DNA of 64,000 nt, from IMG/VR virus record IMGVR_UViG_2839026242_000001, positions 64,001 to 128,000 of that record. One strand, written 5' to 3'. The first letter of the stretch is position 1. Each line of letters begins with the position of its first letter. A program made the position numbers and the translations under genes. This DNA is from a virus. Its lineage: Duplodnaviria; Caudoviricetes. The notes beneath the pieces were generated by a model that searched no databases, was not told where the DNA came from, and was given only the letters and a program-made list of their open reading frames with translations. Shown piece by piece: positions 52,933-63,717 of this stretch.

Positions 52933-55506
52933 TTGGATAGACAAGTTCAGATTTATAGTGTAGATACAAGTTTTTTCTATAACGAAAAGGAAATGAAAAT
53001 ACATAACAGATTGAATCAAGTCTACCGCTACAGAAATAAACTAAAAGTTTATAGAGATAAATTCAAACAAGAACATATTGTCAACAGAGTCAATAAAAAC
53101 CTTACAGACGCAAATAAAAGAATTAAGAAATTAAAAGATGATTTATATAAAGAATTTAAGTTAAATAACTCAATTAGAACATTAAACGAACAGGCATTAA
53201 CACCAAGACGTATTATTTCAGTGTTTGACTCTGTACTAACAAGAACATTGGGCATTCAAGAAAATACACTGTCTGAAGACCTAATAGTTGTCCAGACATA
53301 TTTCTTTAATATTCTCGAAGACATTATTCTTAAGGGATTTCTATACAAAGGTGAAAAGTATGTCGTGTTCACAGCCAGCGCGGGTCAGATTCGTACAAAG
53401 AAAACAGTATTTATCAAAGAAAGTGTGTTGAAACAACACCAAGATTCACTGACATGTGGATTGTCTATAGAAAGCATCAATACTCAGGGTGGGGTAAATA
53501 TCAATAAATATCTCGCTTACCTAGCTCTCTGTAACTCCGCTACAGACGAATGGAAGGATTTTGACATTAATAGGGTTATTGTTGTGGACGATATGGAGAC
53601 TGCTGTACGTAGTGTGGTTGATTTTATTGATGATAAGACGTATGAAATAACAAGAAAAGAAATGGACATCATGATCAATCATACAGATGGTTGTGGGATG
53701 ATACTCCCCAGTGTGTCCAAGAAGTCGGCAATGATTCGCTTGCCTTGGATTAAAGGTCTTTTAGTACCTTTCCCATTTGACAAATTTATTAGAGAGGCAA
53801 ATAGAAAAGGAATCAAGTGTGGAATAGTAAAAGATATTTACGGCAAAGAATATGACATTCTTAAGGATGGAATTGAAATCATCCTTACAAAAAGTCAATT
53901 TAAGATGTGGAAGTACTATAGAGATTGGCAACATTACAAAGATAATTTTGTGAAATATAATTGCCAAGCTGCAAAATGCAATGAAGAAGAAGATATCATT
54001 GAGAACGCAAAGTTGAATTATCAAATGCTACAAACACTTACAGATATGACAGATGAAGAATTAGAATCATTATGTCTAACGACACAAAAGCATATCAGGG
54101 ATATTGGAAAAGACCGAAAGACAATGCTCAAGGTATTGGGAGTAACAGATTCTAACCAAAACAAAAACTATATTCAACAGGCACTTGAATTGTATCCTGA
54201 GTTATTGGCAGATACGTATAGTAAAGAGATATTGAAATCAGTTAAAAAGAGTATGGTTAAAGAAGCAAGGGCGGGCAAAATTGATATTAACGGCAAATAC
54301 ACCTTCATTTGTCCTGACCTGTATGCATTTTGTGAATTCTTATTTCTTGGCGACACGGAACCAAAAGGATTGCTCAATGATGGAGAGGTTTACTGCAACT
54401 TATATAAAGATAAGCCTAAGTTAGATTGTTTACGCAGCCCTCACCTCTATCGTGAACACGCTGTTCGCAAAAATGTAGTTGATAAAGAAAAAGGTAGATG
54501 GTTTATAACAAAGGGACTTTATACAAGTTGTCATGATCCAATCAGTAAAATCCTCATGTTCGATAATGATGGTGATAAGGCGCTTGTGTGTGCCGATCAT
54601 GCATTGATTTCTGTTGCTGAGAGAAATATGCAAGGTATCGTGCCATTGCAGTATAATATGGCAAAAGCTGCCCCAGAGATTATAACCAATGAAAGTATCT
54701 ATAAGGGAATGATAACTGCTTATACTGGTTCAAATATAGGCATGATTAGTAACAATATCACTAAGATATGGAACAGTAACAATATCAATTTAGACGTGAT
54801 TAAATGGCTTTGTCTCGAAAATAATTTCGTCATCGATTATGCTAAGACTTTATACAAGCCAACAAGACCTCCAGAAATAGGTAAGTTAATACATACTTAC
54901 ACGAAATCAAAAGTGCCTCATTTCTTTATCTATGCTAAAGACAAAAACGAGAGTAATGTAGAGAAAATTAATTACAGCGTTGTCAATAGATTAGAAAAGA
55001 TGATAAAGAATCCTGTATTGAATTTCAGATATTCTAATGTGGGGAAATTTGATTATAGAATGCTGCTCAGTGATACAAATGAAAAGATTAATTTGGAAAC
55101 TGCTATTATCCAAAAGTATGAAGAACTTGACCGTAAATCACATCTTATGATAAACAGAGAAGATCAAAAAAATAACAATATTCTTTTTGTATATAATCAG
55201 ATTAAAAAAGATTTATTAAACATTAATAATGATGCGAAGCATGTTACTGATGTTTTAATTGAGTACTTATACAATCATAAGAGGTCCAGTTATAAGACGA
55301 CATTGTGGGAATGCTTTGGAGATGTGATTGTAGAAAATATTAAGCGGAATTTGACTACTAAGTTTGATGATGGATACATTCAGTGTGATGGTTGCGGAGA
55401 ACGAGTAGAAAAAATCGGCAAAAATCATAAGATGTGTCGTGATTGTTGGAAAGATCATCGTAGAAATTACAAAACAGAAAAACAAAGACAATATAGGCAA
55501 AAATAA
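52933..55506 (+). CDS. yonO: YonO-like single-subunit DNA-dependent RNA polymerase
   Basis: TDGCG, RSPH and MFDNDGDKA (DxDGD) motifs; lies upstream of HU and the late genes, as in SPbeta. Confidence 0.9.
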   Translation: MDRQVQIYSVDTSFFYNEKEMKIHNRLNQVYRYRNKLKVYRDKFKQEHIVNRVNKNLTDANKRIKKLKDDLYKEFKLNNSIRTLNEQALTPRRIISVFDSVLTRTLGIQENTLSEDLIVVQTYFFNILEDIILKGFLYKGEKYVVFTASAGQIRTKKTVFIKESVLKQHQDSLTCGLSIESINTQGGVNINKYLAYLALCNSATDEWKDFDINRVIVVDDMETAVRSVVDFIDDKTYEITRKEMDIMINHTDGCGMILPSVSKKSAMIRLPWIKGLLVPFPFDKFIREANRKGIKCGIVKDIYGKEYDILKDGIEIILTKSQFKMWKYYRDWQHYKDNFVKYNCQAAKCNEEEDIIENAKLNYQMLQTLTDMTDEELESLCLTTQKHIRDIGKDRKTMLKVLGVTDSNQNKNYIQQALELYPELLADTYSKEILKSVKKSMVKEARAGKIDINGKYTFICPDLYAFCEFLFLGDTEPKGLLNDGEVYCNLYKDKPKLDCLRSPHLYREHAVRKNVVDKEKGRWFITKGLYTSCHDPISKILMFDNDGDKALVCADHALISVAERNMQGIVPLQYNMAKAAPEIITNESIYKGMITAYTGSNIGMISNNITKIWNSNNINLDVIKWLCLENNFVIDYAKTLYKPTRPPEIGKLIHTYTKSKVPHFFIYAKDKNESNVEKINYSVVNRLEKMIKNPVLNFRYSNVGKFDYRMLLSDTNEKINLETAIIQKYEELDRKSHLMINREDQKNNNILFVYNQIKKDLLNINNDAKHVTDVLIEYLYNHKRSSYKTTLWECFGDVIVENIKRNLTTKFDDGYIQCDGCGERVEKIGKNHKMCRDCWKDHRRNYKTEKQRQYRQK

Positions 55507-55747
55507 TTTTGTGGACACTTTTAAAAAACTTTGTAAACCCTTGATACATAAGGATTTTTTAACCTTTTGATAATATAAATTAAAAAATACATATACAAAA
55601 AACATTGATAAATTAAGGTTTCTTTAGTTATACCGTTAAAAACGGACGGTCTCTAAGGGAAACATAATAATTTGAATGTCCAAAGTGAAGCAATTATTAT
55701 GTCCCTACAAATAAAAAATATAATTTTAATTTGGGAGGAATTTTGTA

Positions 55748-56020
55748 ATGAATAAAACAGAATTGGTAAGTGTAGTGGCTCAAAAAGCGGAAATGACTAA
55801 AAAGGATTCCGCCGTTATCGTTGATGCAGTATTAGATGCTATCGCAGAAGGCTTGAAGGAACATGGCAAGGTTTCTCTACTTGGATTCGGAAACTTTGTG
55901 GTGCGTGAACGCGCTGCTCGTAAAGGTCGTAACCCACAAACAGGCGAAGAAATTGATATTGTGGCTACTAAGGTTCCTGCATGGAAGCCAAGTAAAACTC
56001 TCAAGGATTCATTAAAATAA
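55748..56020 (+). CDS. HU-family DNA-binding protein (YonN-like)
   Basis: GFGNF...[10 protein letters not shown]. Confidence 0.95.
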   Translation: MNKTELVSVVAQKAEMTKKDSAVIVDAVLDAIAEGLKEHGKVSLLGFGNFVVRERAARKGRNPQTGEEIDIVATKVPAWKPSKTLKDSLK

Positions 56021-56163
56021 TACATATACATTATTCATCCATTTCGTCATGGATACTTTCACAGAGGTGCATTGGTACGCTCTGGTTATTATCATATTAG
56101 CCGAAGGATACACGGGGATTGGTGATTGTTCGCCTATCCCCTATTTTAATATAAAAATCTACC

Positions 56164-57405
56164 TTGAAAGGTATGAGTCCAATGCGTAAATTTTTATTTG
56201 ATACAAACGCATTACTCAGAAAGCCACATTTTTTAGATATGGCTGATGAGATATTCATCCCCTATGTTGTTCTCGAAGAATTGGATAAAATCAAGATTCG
56301 TAATGACGATTTGGGATTTCGAGCTAGATACGCAGTAAGACTATTGAAATCTAAGAATAATGTGGCGTTTGACAAAGATGCAATATCCTCAATACACAAT
56401 ATTAATGATAATGTGATTATTGAATCAGCAAAACGAAATCAATGCATTCTTGTTACAGGAGATTATCTTGTACAACTAAAAGCAGAAAGTTATGGGATTG
56501 AAGCTTTTGACCTAGATGAGTCTGATAATATTGACCATGACTATTCTGGAATTCATGAACTTTTCATTGATCCTAACCAGCAAGATTCATATGAATTACT
56601 TGCACAGTTATATCAAGGATTACCAATTAACAACTTTAATTTAGTTAAAAATCAGTATCTTGTGATTTGGGACAAAACAAAACCTACTTATGATGAAAAT
56701 AACATTCATACAGGATATGAAGTAATTGATAAATTAAAATATAATGGCGAACGATTCGTAAAGTTGTCATACAAGCCAATTTATAATGCTTTTACTGGTA
56801 AGGTTAAGCCTTTAAATGTAAAGCAAGAATTGATGTTTGATATGTTACAGGATAAATCAGTTACTTGTAAGGCTACTTTCGGTTCGTTCGGTGTTGGAAA
56901 AGACTTTGTTATGATTTCTCATGCGATTGATCTTATTCAAAAAGGTAAGAAACTCGTATGGGTTAGAAATAACGTAGAAGTTAAGGATTCTAATCCAATT
57001 GGGTTCTTACCTTCTGACATGAATTCTAAACTTCTCCCCTATGCCATGCCCTTAGCGGATCACCTCGGTGGCGTTGAAGCATTAGAAGCTTATTTAGCAA
57101 GTGGAAAAATTGAAATCCAACATCTTGGATTCATGCGTGGTAGGGATATCAAAGATTCTATTATCTATGTAACAGAGTGCGAAAATAACACGAAGGAACA
57201 TATACAGTTGCTGCTTGGTCGCGTTTCAGATGGAAGTCAATTGTGGATGAATGGAGATATTCGTCAAATTGACCACGAGAAGTTTACTTACAACAATGGT
57301 GTTAATGCACTGAAACGTCTTAAAGGAAATAAATTGTATTCACAAGTTACTTTGGATAAAGTTGAACGTTCAGAAACAGCTAAATTAGCTGATTTACTTG
57401 ATTAA
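56164..57405 (+). CDS. PIN-PhoH protein
   Basis: FDTNA and VLEELD PIN motifs; GSFGVGKD, IGFLP and RGR PhoH motifs. Confidence 0.85.
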   Translation: MKGMSPMRKFLFDTNALLRKPHFLDMADEIFIPYVVLEELDKIKIRNDDLGFRARYAVRLLKSKNNVAFDKDAISSIHNINDNVIIESAKRNQCILVTGDYLVQLKAESYGIEAFDLDESDNIDHDYSGIHELFIDPNQQDSYELLAQLYQGLPINNFNLVKNQYLVIWDKTKPTYDENNIHTGYEVIDKLKYNGERFVKLSYKPIYNAFTGKVKPLNVKQELMFDMLQDKSVTCKATFGSFGVGKDFVMISHAIDLIQKGKKLVWVRNNVEVKDSNPIGFLPSDMNSKLLPYAMPLADHLGGVEALEAYLASGKIEIQHLGFMRGRDIKDSIIYVTECENNTKEHIQLLLGRVSDGSQLWMNGDIRQIDHEKFTYNNGVNALKRLKGNKLYSQVTLDKVERSETAKLADLLD

Positions 57406-57450
57406 TACATATAAAAAGAGTATTTCATTCAATTATGGGAGGCAATTAGA

Positions 57451-57651
57451 ATGGCAAATTTCAACTCAAATTTTAGTGTGACAGGGCTATTGAATTTGGA
57501 TATGATGCAAATTACAGAAGAGACAAAAAAGGACATCCAAATCTTTGACCTGCGAAAAATTCTTGGTAAGTACGATGGATACAAAGTAAAATTATCAGTT
57601 TCTATCGAAGCAGATGATTCCGAGTTCTTGGCAGACGATAATAAGGGGTGA
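57451..57651 (+). CDS. Small YonK-like protein
   Basis: Size, position and ITEETK...DL pattern. Confidence 0.5.
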   Translation: MANFNSNFSVTGLLNLDMMQITEETKKDIQIFDLRKILGKYDGYKVKLSVSIEADDSEFLADDNKG

Positions 57652-57655
57652 TTGA

Positions 57656-58837
57656 ATGAGTATTATCTCCCCTCACCTACGGCAGCAAAACGAAAGTCTT
57701 GAGCAGTATAAAGAACGGCTTGTAATGAATAAAGAATCTTACGGCTTGTACTGGTCAGACATTGCACAGTTATGGCTAGATCATACTGGTGAACGAAAAA
57801 GTGATGACTACTTTCGGAAGTTTAGAAAGCGACTTGTTAAAGATGAAAAGCAACAACATAAACAAGTCAGTTTAAAATTTGATGATGTTGAAGATAAAAT
57901 TATTCAATTCCAAAAAGAAAAATACAAAATTCAAGATCAAAAACGTGAATACCGAAATTTGATTCGAAACGATGCTCGTTTCGAACACCTTAAAGAAGAA
58001 ATAATCAAGGCTGTCCATGAAGTCGCTAAATTGAAGCCAATTAATTGGAACCAGCCTGTTAAAGCAACGGGCGACAAAGAGGCCGTTGTTCTCTTCTCTG
58101 ACTGGCACTATGGGATTGTATCTGATAATTATTTCAACAAATTTAACCCTGATATATTTCATGAACGGATAAAAACTCTTGCACATAAGACTATTGAATA
58201 TGGAAAATTACATGACGTAAAAACGCTTCATGTTTTTAATTTGGGCGACATTGTGAGCGGCAACTTGCATGTATCAGTTCGAGTTCAAAACTCTGAGGAT
58301 ATTATTTCTCAAGTTAAAGTAGTATCAGAGACAATTAGCGAAGTGCTTGCAAAATTGTCCACTGAATTTGAAGAAGTCAAATTCTATAGTGTGCGTGGAA
58401 ACCATGACAGGGTTACAGCAAATAAGCATGATGCTATTTCTAAAGAAAGTTTCGCTGACATTGTTCCGTGGTATGTCAAAGCGAGAACCTGTCATATTCC
58501 TAACTTACAAGTTATAGACAATACCTTTGATGACGAAATGATTGTGGCTGATGTTGCTGGTCATACTGTCATCGGTGTTCATGGTCATAAAGATCGTGTA
58601 TCTGAAGTGGCACAGAACTTGACAGTAATGCTCAAAATGTTTCCTGTGGCAATTTGTATGGGACATTACCACCATAACTGGGAAAAAGAATTTAACGGCA
58701 TTGATGTTATTGTTAACCCATCTCTATCTGGAACTGATGAATATGCAAGAGACATTCGCAAAGTAAGTAAACCAGCCCAAAAGATACTTATCTTCGATGA
58801 GACTGGTCAAATTTGTACATATAAAATTTTATTATAA
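57656..58837 (+). CDS. Calcineurin-like metallophosphoesterase (YonJ-like)
   Basis: SDWH, LGD, GNHD, HGH and GHYH motifs. Confidence 0.85.
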   Translation: MSIISPHLRQQNESLEQYKERLVMNKESYGLYWSDIAQLWLDHTGERKSDDYFRKFRKRLVKDEKQQHKQVSLKFDDVEDKIIQFQKEKYKIQDQKREYRNLIRNDARFEHLKEEIIKAVHEVAKLKPINWNQPVKATGDKEAVVLFSDWHYGIVSDNYFNKFNPDIFHERIKTLAHKTIEYGKLHDVKTLHVFNLGDIVSGNLHVSVRVQNSEDIISQVKVVSETISEVLAKLSTEFEEVKFYSVRGNHDRVTANKHDAISKESFADIVPWYVKARTCHIPNLQVIDNTFDDEMIVADVAGHTVIGVHGHKDRVSEVAQNLTVMLKMFPVAICMGHYHHNWEKEFNGIDVIVNPSLSGTDEYARDIRKVSKPAQKILIFDETGQICTYKILL

Positions 58838-58850
58838 GGGACGTGACCTT

Positions 58851-59171
58851 ATGAGCTTTAAAGGATTTAATTTCAATAATAATCGTTTCAATCAAGAACA
58901 TCATTATGATGTTGAAGATCAAAATATTGAAATCAATCTTCGAGATGCTGAGGATATTGTAGAAGAGTATCTTAATCTAATTAAAGGTGCTCAGTCAGAA
59001 AATGAATTACGTGTTTATTTGTTAGATTTCTATGATGATGCATCAGTCAATGAAATTAAACACTACATTCATGAAGATATCACCCGTAAAATGGGAGATC
59101 TTTATGAAATTGAAATTGGTCGACTTGCTGGTGATGAAGGCTGCGATTGTGGTTGTTGTGACATTGAATAA
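58851..59171 (+). CDS. Acidic hypothetical protein
   Basis: ORF track; internal ATG (MSFKGF) follows an RBS. Confidence 0.55.
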   Translation: MSFKGFNFNNNRFNQEHHYDVEDQNIEINLRDAEDIVEEYLNLIKGAQSENELRVYLLDFYDDASVNEIKHYIHEDITRKMGDLYEIEIGRLAGDEGCDCGCCDIE

Positions 59172-59343
59172 TCTAATCAAATATTAATTTTATTCACCCC
59201 TTTTGTAGAGCCTTTTTAACAGCGTCCAATTATCATCTGGACGTTGATTAAAGCGGCTCTTTTGTCGCTTTGAATAGGGATAGGAGCAATCCGAAAGGAG
59301 TAGCCCTCCCCTACTTCTTCCCTATTCCTTTTTTATTGGAGGT

Positions 59344-60270
59344 ATGAAAATGAGTAAAATAAAATCAAACGCGAAACCAGATAAGATCACATGTTTGAAG
59401 TGCGAGAAAGCAAAGTCTAAAAGTAATTTTTATATGAATACTAATCCTCTATTCTCTAAATCCTTTGAGCAGTTACCTATATGTAAGAGTTGCTTTCAAA
59501 ATTATATAAACGAAGGAATAGATGAACAAGATTATTTTTTCAGAGTAGTGCTGGTTCTTGCTTTACTTAACAGGCCAATGATTACTCAAGAATGGAATCA
59601 GATCAACCGAGTATGGGAGAAATATATCCCTCCTATATCTTCACTCCCTCAACATAAAGGACTTCAGTTTAAAGATAGTGATTTTTTAACCTATGACAAG
59701 AATGTACAAGAGGATAGTCTCCAAGATAACATGCTTAATATGAATTTTGACGACTCTTTGGATATTAGAGAAATGGTAAAGTATTGGGGTAAAGGTTACA
59801 GTGCAGAAGAGTATTCTTATCTTGAAGAAGAAAAGTGTAAATTGATGTCAAGTTTCGAATGTCCAGACTATGGAATGGAAATGATTATGCGTGACATTTG
59901 TTTCATTAATCTTGATATCGAAAAAGCACGAAGCAATCCAAAATCCAGTACTACTTCAGAAATCAGTAAGTTAATTGAAACAAGAAGTAAATTGATGAAC
60001 GATGCTAAAATGAAACCGATTCAAGCAACTGGTGCGGAAGCAAATGACCAAATTACTTTCGGTACTTTGATAAAAAAATGGGAAAATGATAAACCAGTTC
60101 CTCCTGTTCTGGATGATGAAATGAAAAGATATATAGATACATTTATGGTTGGTCATCTTGCGAAAATGGAAGGTTTAAATAATGAGTTAACTGAGAAATA
60201 CGATAAAGCCCTAGCCCCATATACAATTGATTTTAGAGAAATAAATAAAGATGTTGATGAGGAAGATTAA
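59344..60270 (+). CDS. Late protein with an N-terminal Zn ribbon, possible small terminase
   Basis: CLKC...CKSC; directly upstream of the large terminase. Confidence 0.5.
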   Translation: MKMSKIKSNAKPDKITCLKCEKAKSKSNFYMNTNPLFSKSFEQLPICKSCFQNYINEGIDEQDYFFRVVLVLALLNRPMITQEWNQINRVWEKYIPPISSLPQHKGLQFKDSDFLTYDKNVQEDSLQDNMLNMNFDDSLDIREMVKYWGKGYSAEEYSYLEEEKCKLMSSFECPDYGMEMIMRDICFINLDIEKARSNPKSSTTSEISKLIETRSKLMNDAKMKPIQATGAEANDQITFGTLIKKWENDKPVPPVLDDEMKRYIDTFMVGHLAKMEGLNNELTEKYDKALAPYTIDFREINKDVDEED

Positions 60271-60272
60271 GA

Positions 60273-62117
60273 ATGGCTGGGTATAAGAACTTCCAAGTCA
60301 ATAGAAATAAAAACAAAAATGCAGTTGGTGTTTTCGATAAAGGGCGCAATTTAAACAAGAGCGCCGACAATTTAACAAAGTCTCAAAAGTTAATGAATGG
60401 TGTTGCAGCATGGGCTTCATTCTATCGTTCTCGTCCAGACATTTTCGCTGAAGAATATCTTGGCTTGACTTTAAAACCATTTCAAAAAATTTTACTTTAT
60501 TGCATGATTATATACAACTACACGGCATTCTTTGCGAGTCGTGGACTTGGTAAAACATATTTAACGGCTTTGTATTGTGTAGTTAGATGTATTCTCTTCC
60601 CTGGTACAAAAATCATTATTGCTGCTGGTCAAAAGTCACAGGGTATGAAGGTTGTAACTGAAAAGATTCCAGAGTTAATCAACCAGTCTAAAACTGGAAT
60701 GTTACGAAGGGAAATTAAAGGTTCTATTAGGACAAACATGAACACAGATGATCCTCATGTTGAGTTCGTAAATGGCTCATGGATTAAAGTTGTTGCAGCA
60801 ACTCAAGGTGCTCGTTCAGCTCGCGCTAATCTGCTTGTTCTTGATGAGTTCCGTATGATTGACCCTTTGATTTACAAAAACGTACTGAGACGTTTTCTTG
60901 CTGCTTCAAGACAGCCGGGATTCTTAGAAAAACCAGAATATAAAAACAAACAAGAGTACCTAGAGAGAAACCAAGAAATCTTCTTAACATCTTGCTATTA
61001 CAAATTTAATTGGTCTTATGAAAGATTTAAGGTTTTTATTAAAGCAATGTTAGATGGTAAAAAGTACTTTGTTTGTGGACTTCCATATCAGATTGCAATT
61101 AAAGAAAATCTCGTAAACCGCGAACAGTTGCTTGATGAGATTTCTGAGGACGATTTAGATGAAATTGGTTGGACAATGGAGATGGAGTCGTTATTCTTCG
61201 GTGAAAGTGATAAGGCATATTTCAAGACCGAAGAAATAAAAGAAATTAAAACAGTTCAATTCCCTATTTACAAGAAAGAAGTTCAAGCATTAATTAAAAA
61301 TAATAAAAATTTTATAAATAAGAAAAAAGAAGGCGAAATTAGAATCTTAAGTTGTGATATTGCATTGCTTGGTGGGGATGCAAATGACTCATCTGTTTAT
61401 ACATTAATTTCAGCAAAGAAAAATAGGACAGGCACAAGATACAAAAGAGAAGTATTAAACATTGAAGCGCATCAGGGGTTGCATCCTGAGACACAATCAC
61501 TCATCATCAGGAGACTTTTTGATGATTTTGAATGCGATTATATTGTTTTAGATCGACAAGGAAATGGTATTAGTGTTTATGGATATTTGTGCAGAAGACA
61601 ATATGATGATGAGAGAAAGAAAGAGTATCCTGCTTTATATTCAATGAACGAGAAAGATGAACCTAAACTTGCTGCTTTCCATATAGAAGATGACTATGAA
61701 GAAAAAATTTATACGGTCTCCCCTTCAGAAGAATTTAATCACAATATTGCACTTGACTTAAAAGATAAGATTGTAAATAAAAGAATATCATTCTTGATCT
61801 CAAAAAATGATATTCGAGAATTTTTTGTAAATGAGACGTGGTTTAATAAACTATCAACAGAAGAGCAGATTGAACTGTTAAATCCTTATCTTCAAACAAT
61901 TTTGCTTGAAAATGAAATGGTCTTATTAGAACGAGTAGAACATCATAAATATGTAAAATTAAAAGAACAATCAGGGAAAAGAAAAGACCGTTATTCTTCG
62001 TTGGCTTATGGTAACTACTTCATTAGCTTATTGGAAAATGAACTTCAACACAAGAAAGAAGAAATAGACATATTTAGCATGCCCACTCTTGTTTCTACAT
62101 TGGATATTAAATTGTGA
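60273..62117 (+). CDS. Terminase large subunit (YonF-like)
   Basis: ASRGLGKT Walker A, LVLDE Walker B, RNase H-like SCDIA and KDRYSS. Confidence 0.9.
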   Translation: MAGYKNFQVNRNKNKNAVGVFDKGRNLNKSADNLTKSQKLMNGVAAWASFYRSRPDIFAEEYLGLTLKPFQKILLYCMIIYNYTAFFASRGLGKTYLTALYCVVRCILFPGTKIIIAAGQKSQGMKVVTEKIPELINQSKTGMLRREIKGSIRTNMNTDDPHVEFVNGSWIKVVAATQGARSARANLLVLDEFRMIDPLIYKNVLRRFLAASRQPGFLEKPEYKNKQEYLERNQEIFLTSCYYKFNWSYERFKVFIKAMLDGKKYFVCGLPYQIAIKENLVNREQLLDEISEDDLDEIGWTMEMESLFFGESDKAYFKTEEIKEIKTVQFPIYKKEVQALIKNNKNFINKKKEGEIRILSCDIALLGGDANDSSVYTLISAKKNRTGTRYKREVLNIEAHQGLHPETQSLIIRRLFDDFECDYIVLDRQGNGISVYGYLCRRQYDDERKKEYPALYSMNEKDEPKLAAFHIEDDYEEKIYTVSPSEEFNHNIALDLKDKIVNKRISFLISKNDIREFFVNETWFNKLSTEEQIELLNPYLQTILLENEMVLLERVEHHKYVKLKEQSGKRKDRYSSLAYGNYFISLLENELQHKKEEIDIFSMPTLVSTLDIKL

Positions 62118-62136
62118 AAAGAAATGAGGTGATGAC

Positions 62137-63717
62137 TTGTCCACTAAAGAATTCGTAGAACAATTAGATGAAGATACTTATCTCGTCACATCTGAAGCCA
62201 TAGAACGACAAATGCTTGTTGAAGCCGTTCGTGACTATCAAAATAAATCTGGTATTAAGTCAACTTATTTTAACGAAAATGGTCTGATTAACTTTAAAAT
62301 TGATGATATTGATAAACTTGCGCTAAATGCACAAACAAATTTACAAAATATAATAAAAATCAATAACATAGTGCGGTTTTTCGTAAACAAAAATGATATT
62401 CTAGGTAAAGTATATGAAGCCATCGAGACAAATGTTAACTCTGAATGGACGTTGAGTTACCCCAATTATAACGAATCAGAAAAAGAAACATTTGATGAAG
62501 TTGATCGGTTAATTAGAGACTTTAACCAAAAAATAAATTTAAATCGCCTAATTACTGAATCAATACCGATGACTTACCTAGAAGGTAATTATCCTATGTA
62601 TCTTAGAAATGATGGAAATGGCAATTATCAGGTAGACTACTACCCTCTTGGGGTATGTGAAGTAGCTGATTATACGGAAAATGGTGAGCCATATCTTCTA
62701 ATCAATATCAGTGAGTTAAAAAGCAGACTTCAAAAGATATACAAAAAAGACAAGAAAAATAAAGCATTGTTCTACTCAAACATGGATGAAGAAATTAAGA
62801 GTACATACCCTGAAGAAGTGTTTAAAGCATATAAGAACAATGAACAATATGCGAAACTCAATATTGATTTTACTGGTATTCCGAGAGTAAACAATTTAAA
62901 GAGAAAATATGGTCTCTCCCCTATCTTCAAGGCATTAAAGTCTGTTATTAGGCTTGAAAACATCGAATTGTCAGATGACAAGAATACTTTGGTTCGCGGT
63001 AAAAAAATTATATTTCAAAAGCTAAGTAAGGAACTAATAACGAGCGACAAGCCAATTGCTAACATTACTTGGCATGCAGCTCAAGCAAAGGCTCACATGG
63101 ATCTAATGGCTGCTTTAAACAGCCAAGGAACTAGTGTTTTTACTGGTACACCTTGGACTGAAAGTATTGAATACATTGAACCAAAATTAGAACTCACTAA
63201 TGTTCAAACAAAAAATCAATATCGTCAAGAAATTATGACTGCTGTAGGTATCTCATTCCTTAATGCTGGCGACAAAGCATATGGCAGTGCCAAGATTAGC
63301 ATTGAGGAATTGATGAAAACTATCAACAAAATCGGAGAACAGCTCGAACACATTTTGCATAAATGGTACAAGTTTCTCCTTTTAGAAAATGGTTATGATG
63401 TAAAGTACTGCCCCAAGATCAAAGTCATCAATTCCGAAAAATTGAACATGGAATTGTCTATGGATTATGCAAAACTATTGCATAGTCAGTTGAACGCTTC
63501 TCTTCACACTGTTTATTCTGTTTTAGGACTTGATGTAAAAACGGAAGCTAAACTTCGTCAAGAAGAAAAGGAAAATGGCTATGAAGAAATCTTCTCCCCT
63601 CGCCTTACTTCTTACACAACAAGCAAGGATGTAGATGGTCAAGGTCGTCCAGCGAGTAATGAAGATTTGGACAAGCAAGGTTATGACCAAGATTACAATC
63701 AAAATGTAGGTAGGTAA
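62137..63717 (+). CDS. Portal protein (YonE-like)
   Basis: Position after the terminase, ~526 aa, YGLSPI motif. Confidence 0.75.
   Translation: MSTKEFVEQLDEDTYLVTSEAIERQMLVEAVRDYQNKSGIKSTYFNENGLINFKIDDIDKLALNAQTNLQNIIKINNIVRFFVNKNDILGKVYEAIETNVNSEWTLSYPNYNESEKETFDEVDRLIRDFNQKINLNRLITESIPMTYLEGNYPMYLRNDGNGNYQVDYYPLGVCEVADYTENGEPYLLINISELKSRLQKIYKKDKKNKALFYSNMDEEIKSTYPEEVFKAYKNNEQYAKLNIDFTGIPRVNNLKRKYGLSPIFKALKSVIRLENIELSDDKNTLVRGKKIIFQKLSKELITSDKPIANITWHAAQAKAHMDLMAALNSQGTSVFTGTPWTESIEYIEPKLELTNVQTKNQYRQEIMTAVGISFLNAGDKAYGSAKISIEELMKTINKIGEQLEHILHKWYKFLLLENGYDVKYCPKIKVINSEKLNMELSMDYAKLLHSQLNASLHTVYSVLGLDVKTEAKLRQEEKENGYEEIFSPRLTSYTTSKDVDGQGRPASNEDLDKQGYDQDYNQNVGR

Noticed and set aside
59272-59327. 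Hammerhead ribozyme
   Set aside because: A three-way junction with GAAA is present, but the CUGAnGA core is absent.
52831-62981. Minus-strand ORFs inside the late operon
   Set aside because: Antisense to yonO, HU, the phosphoesterase, terminase and portal; no supporting signals.
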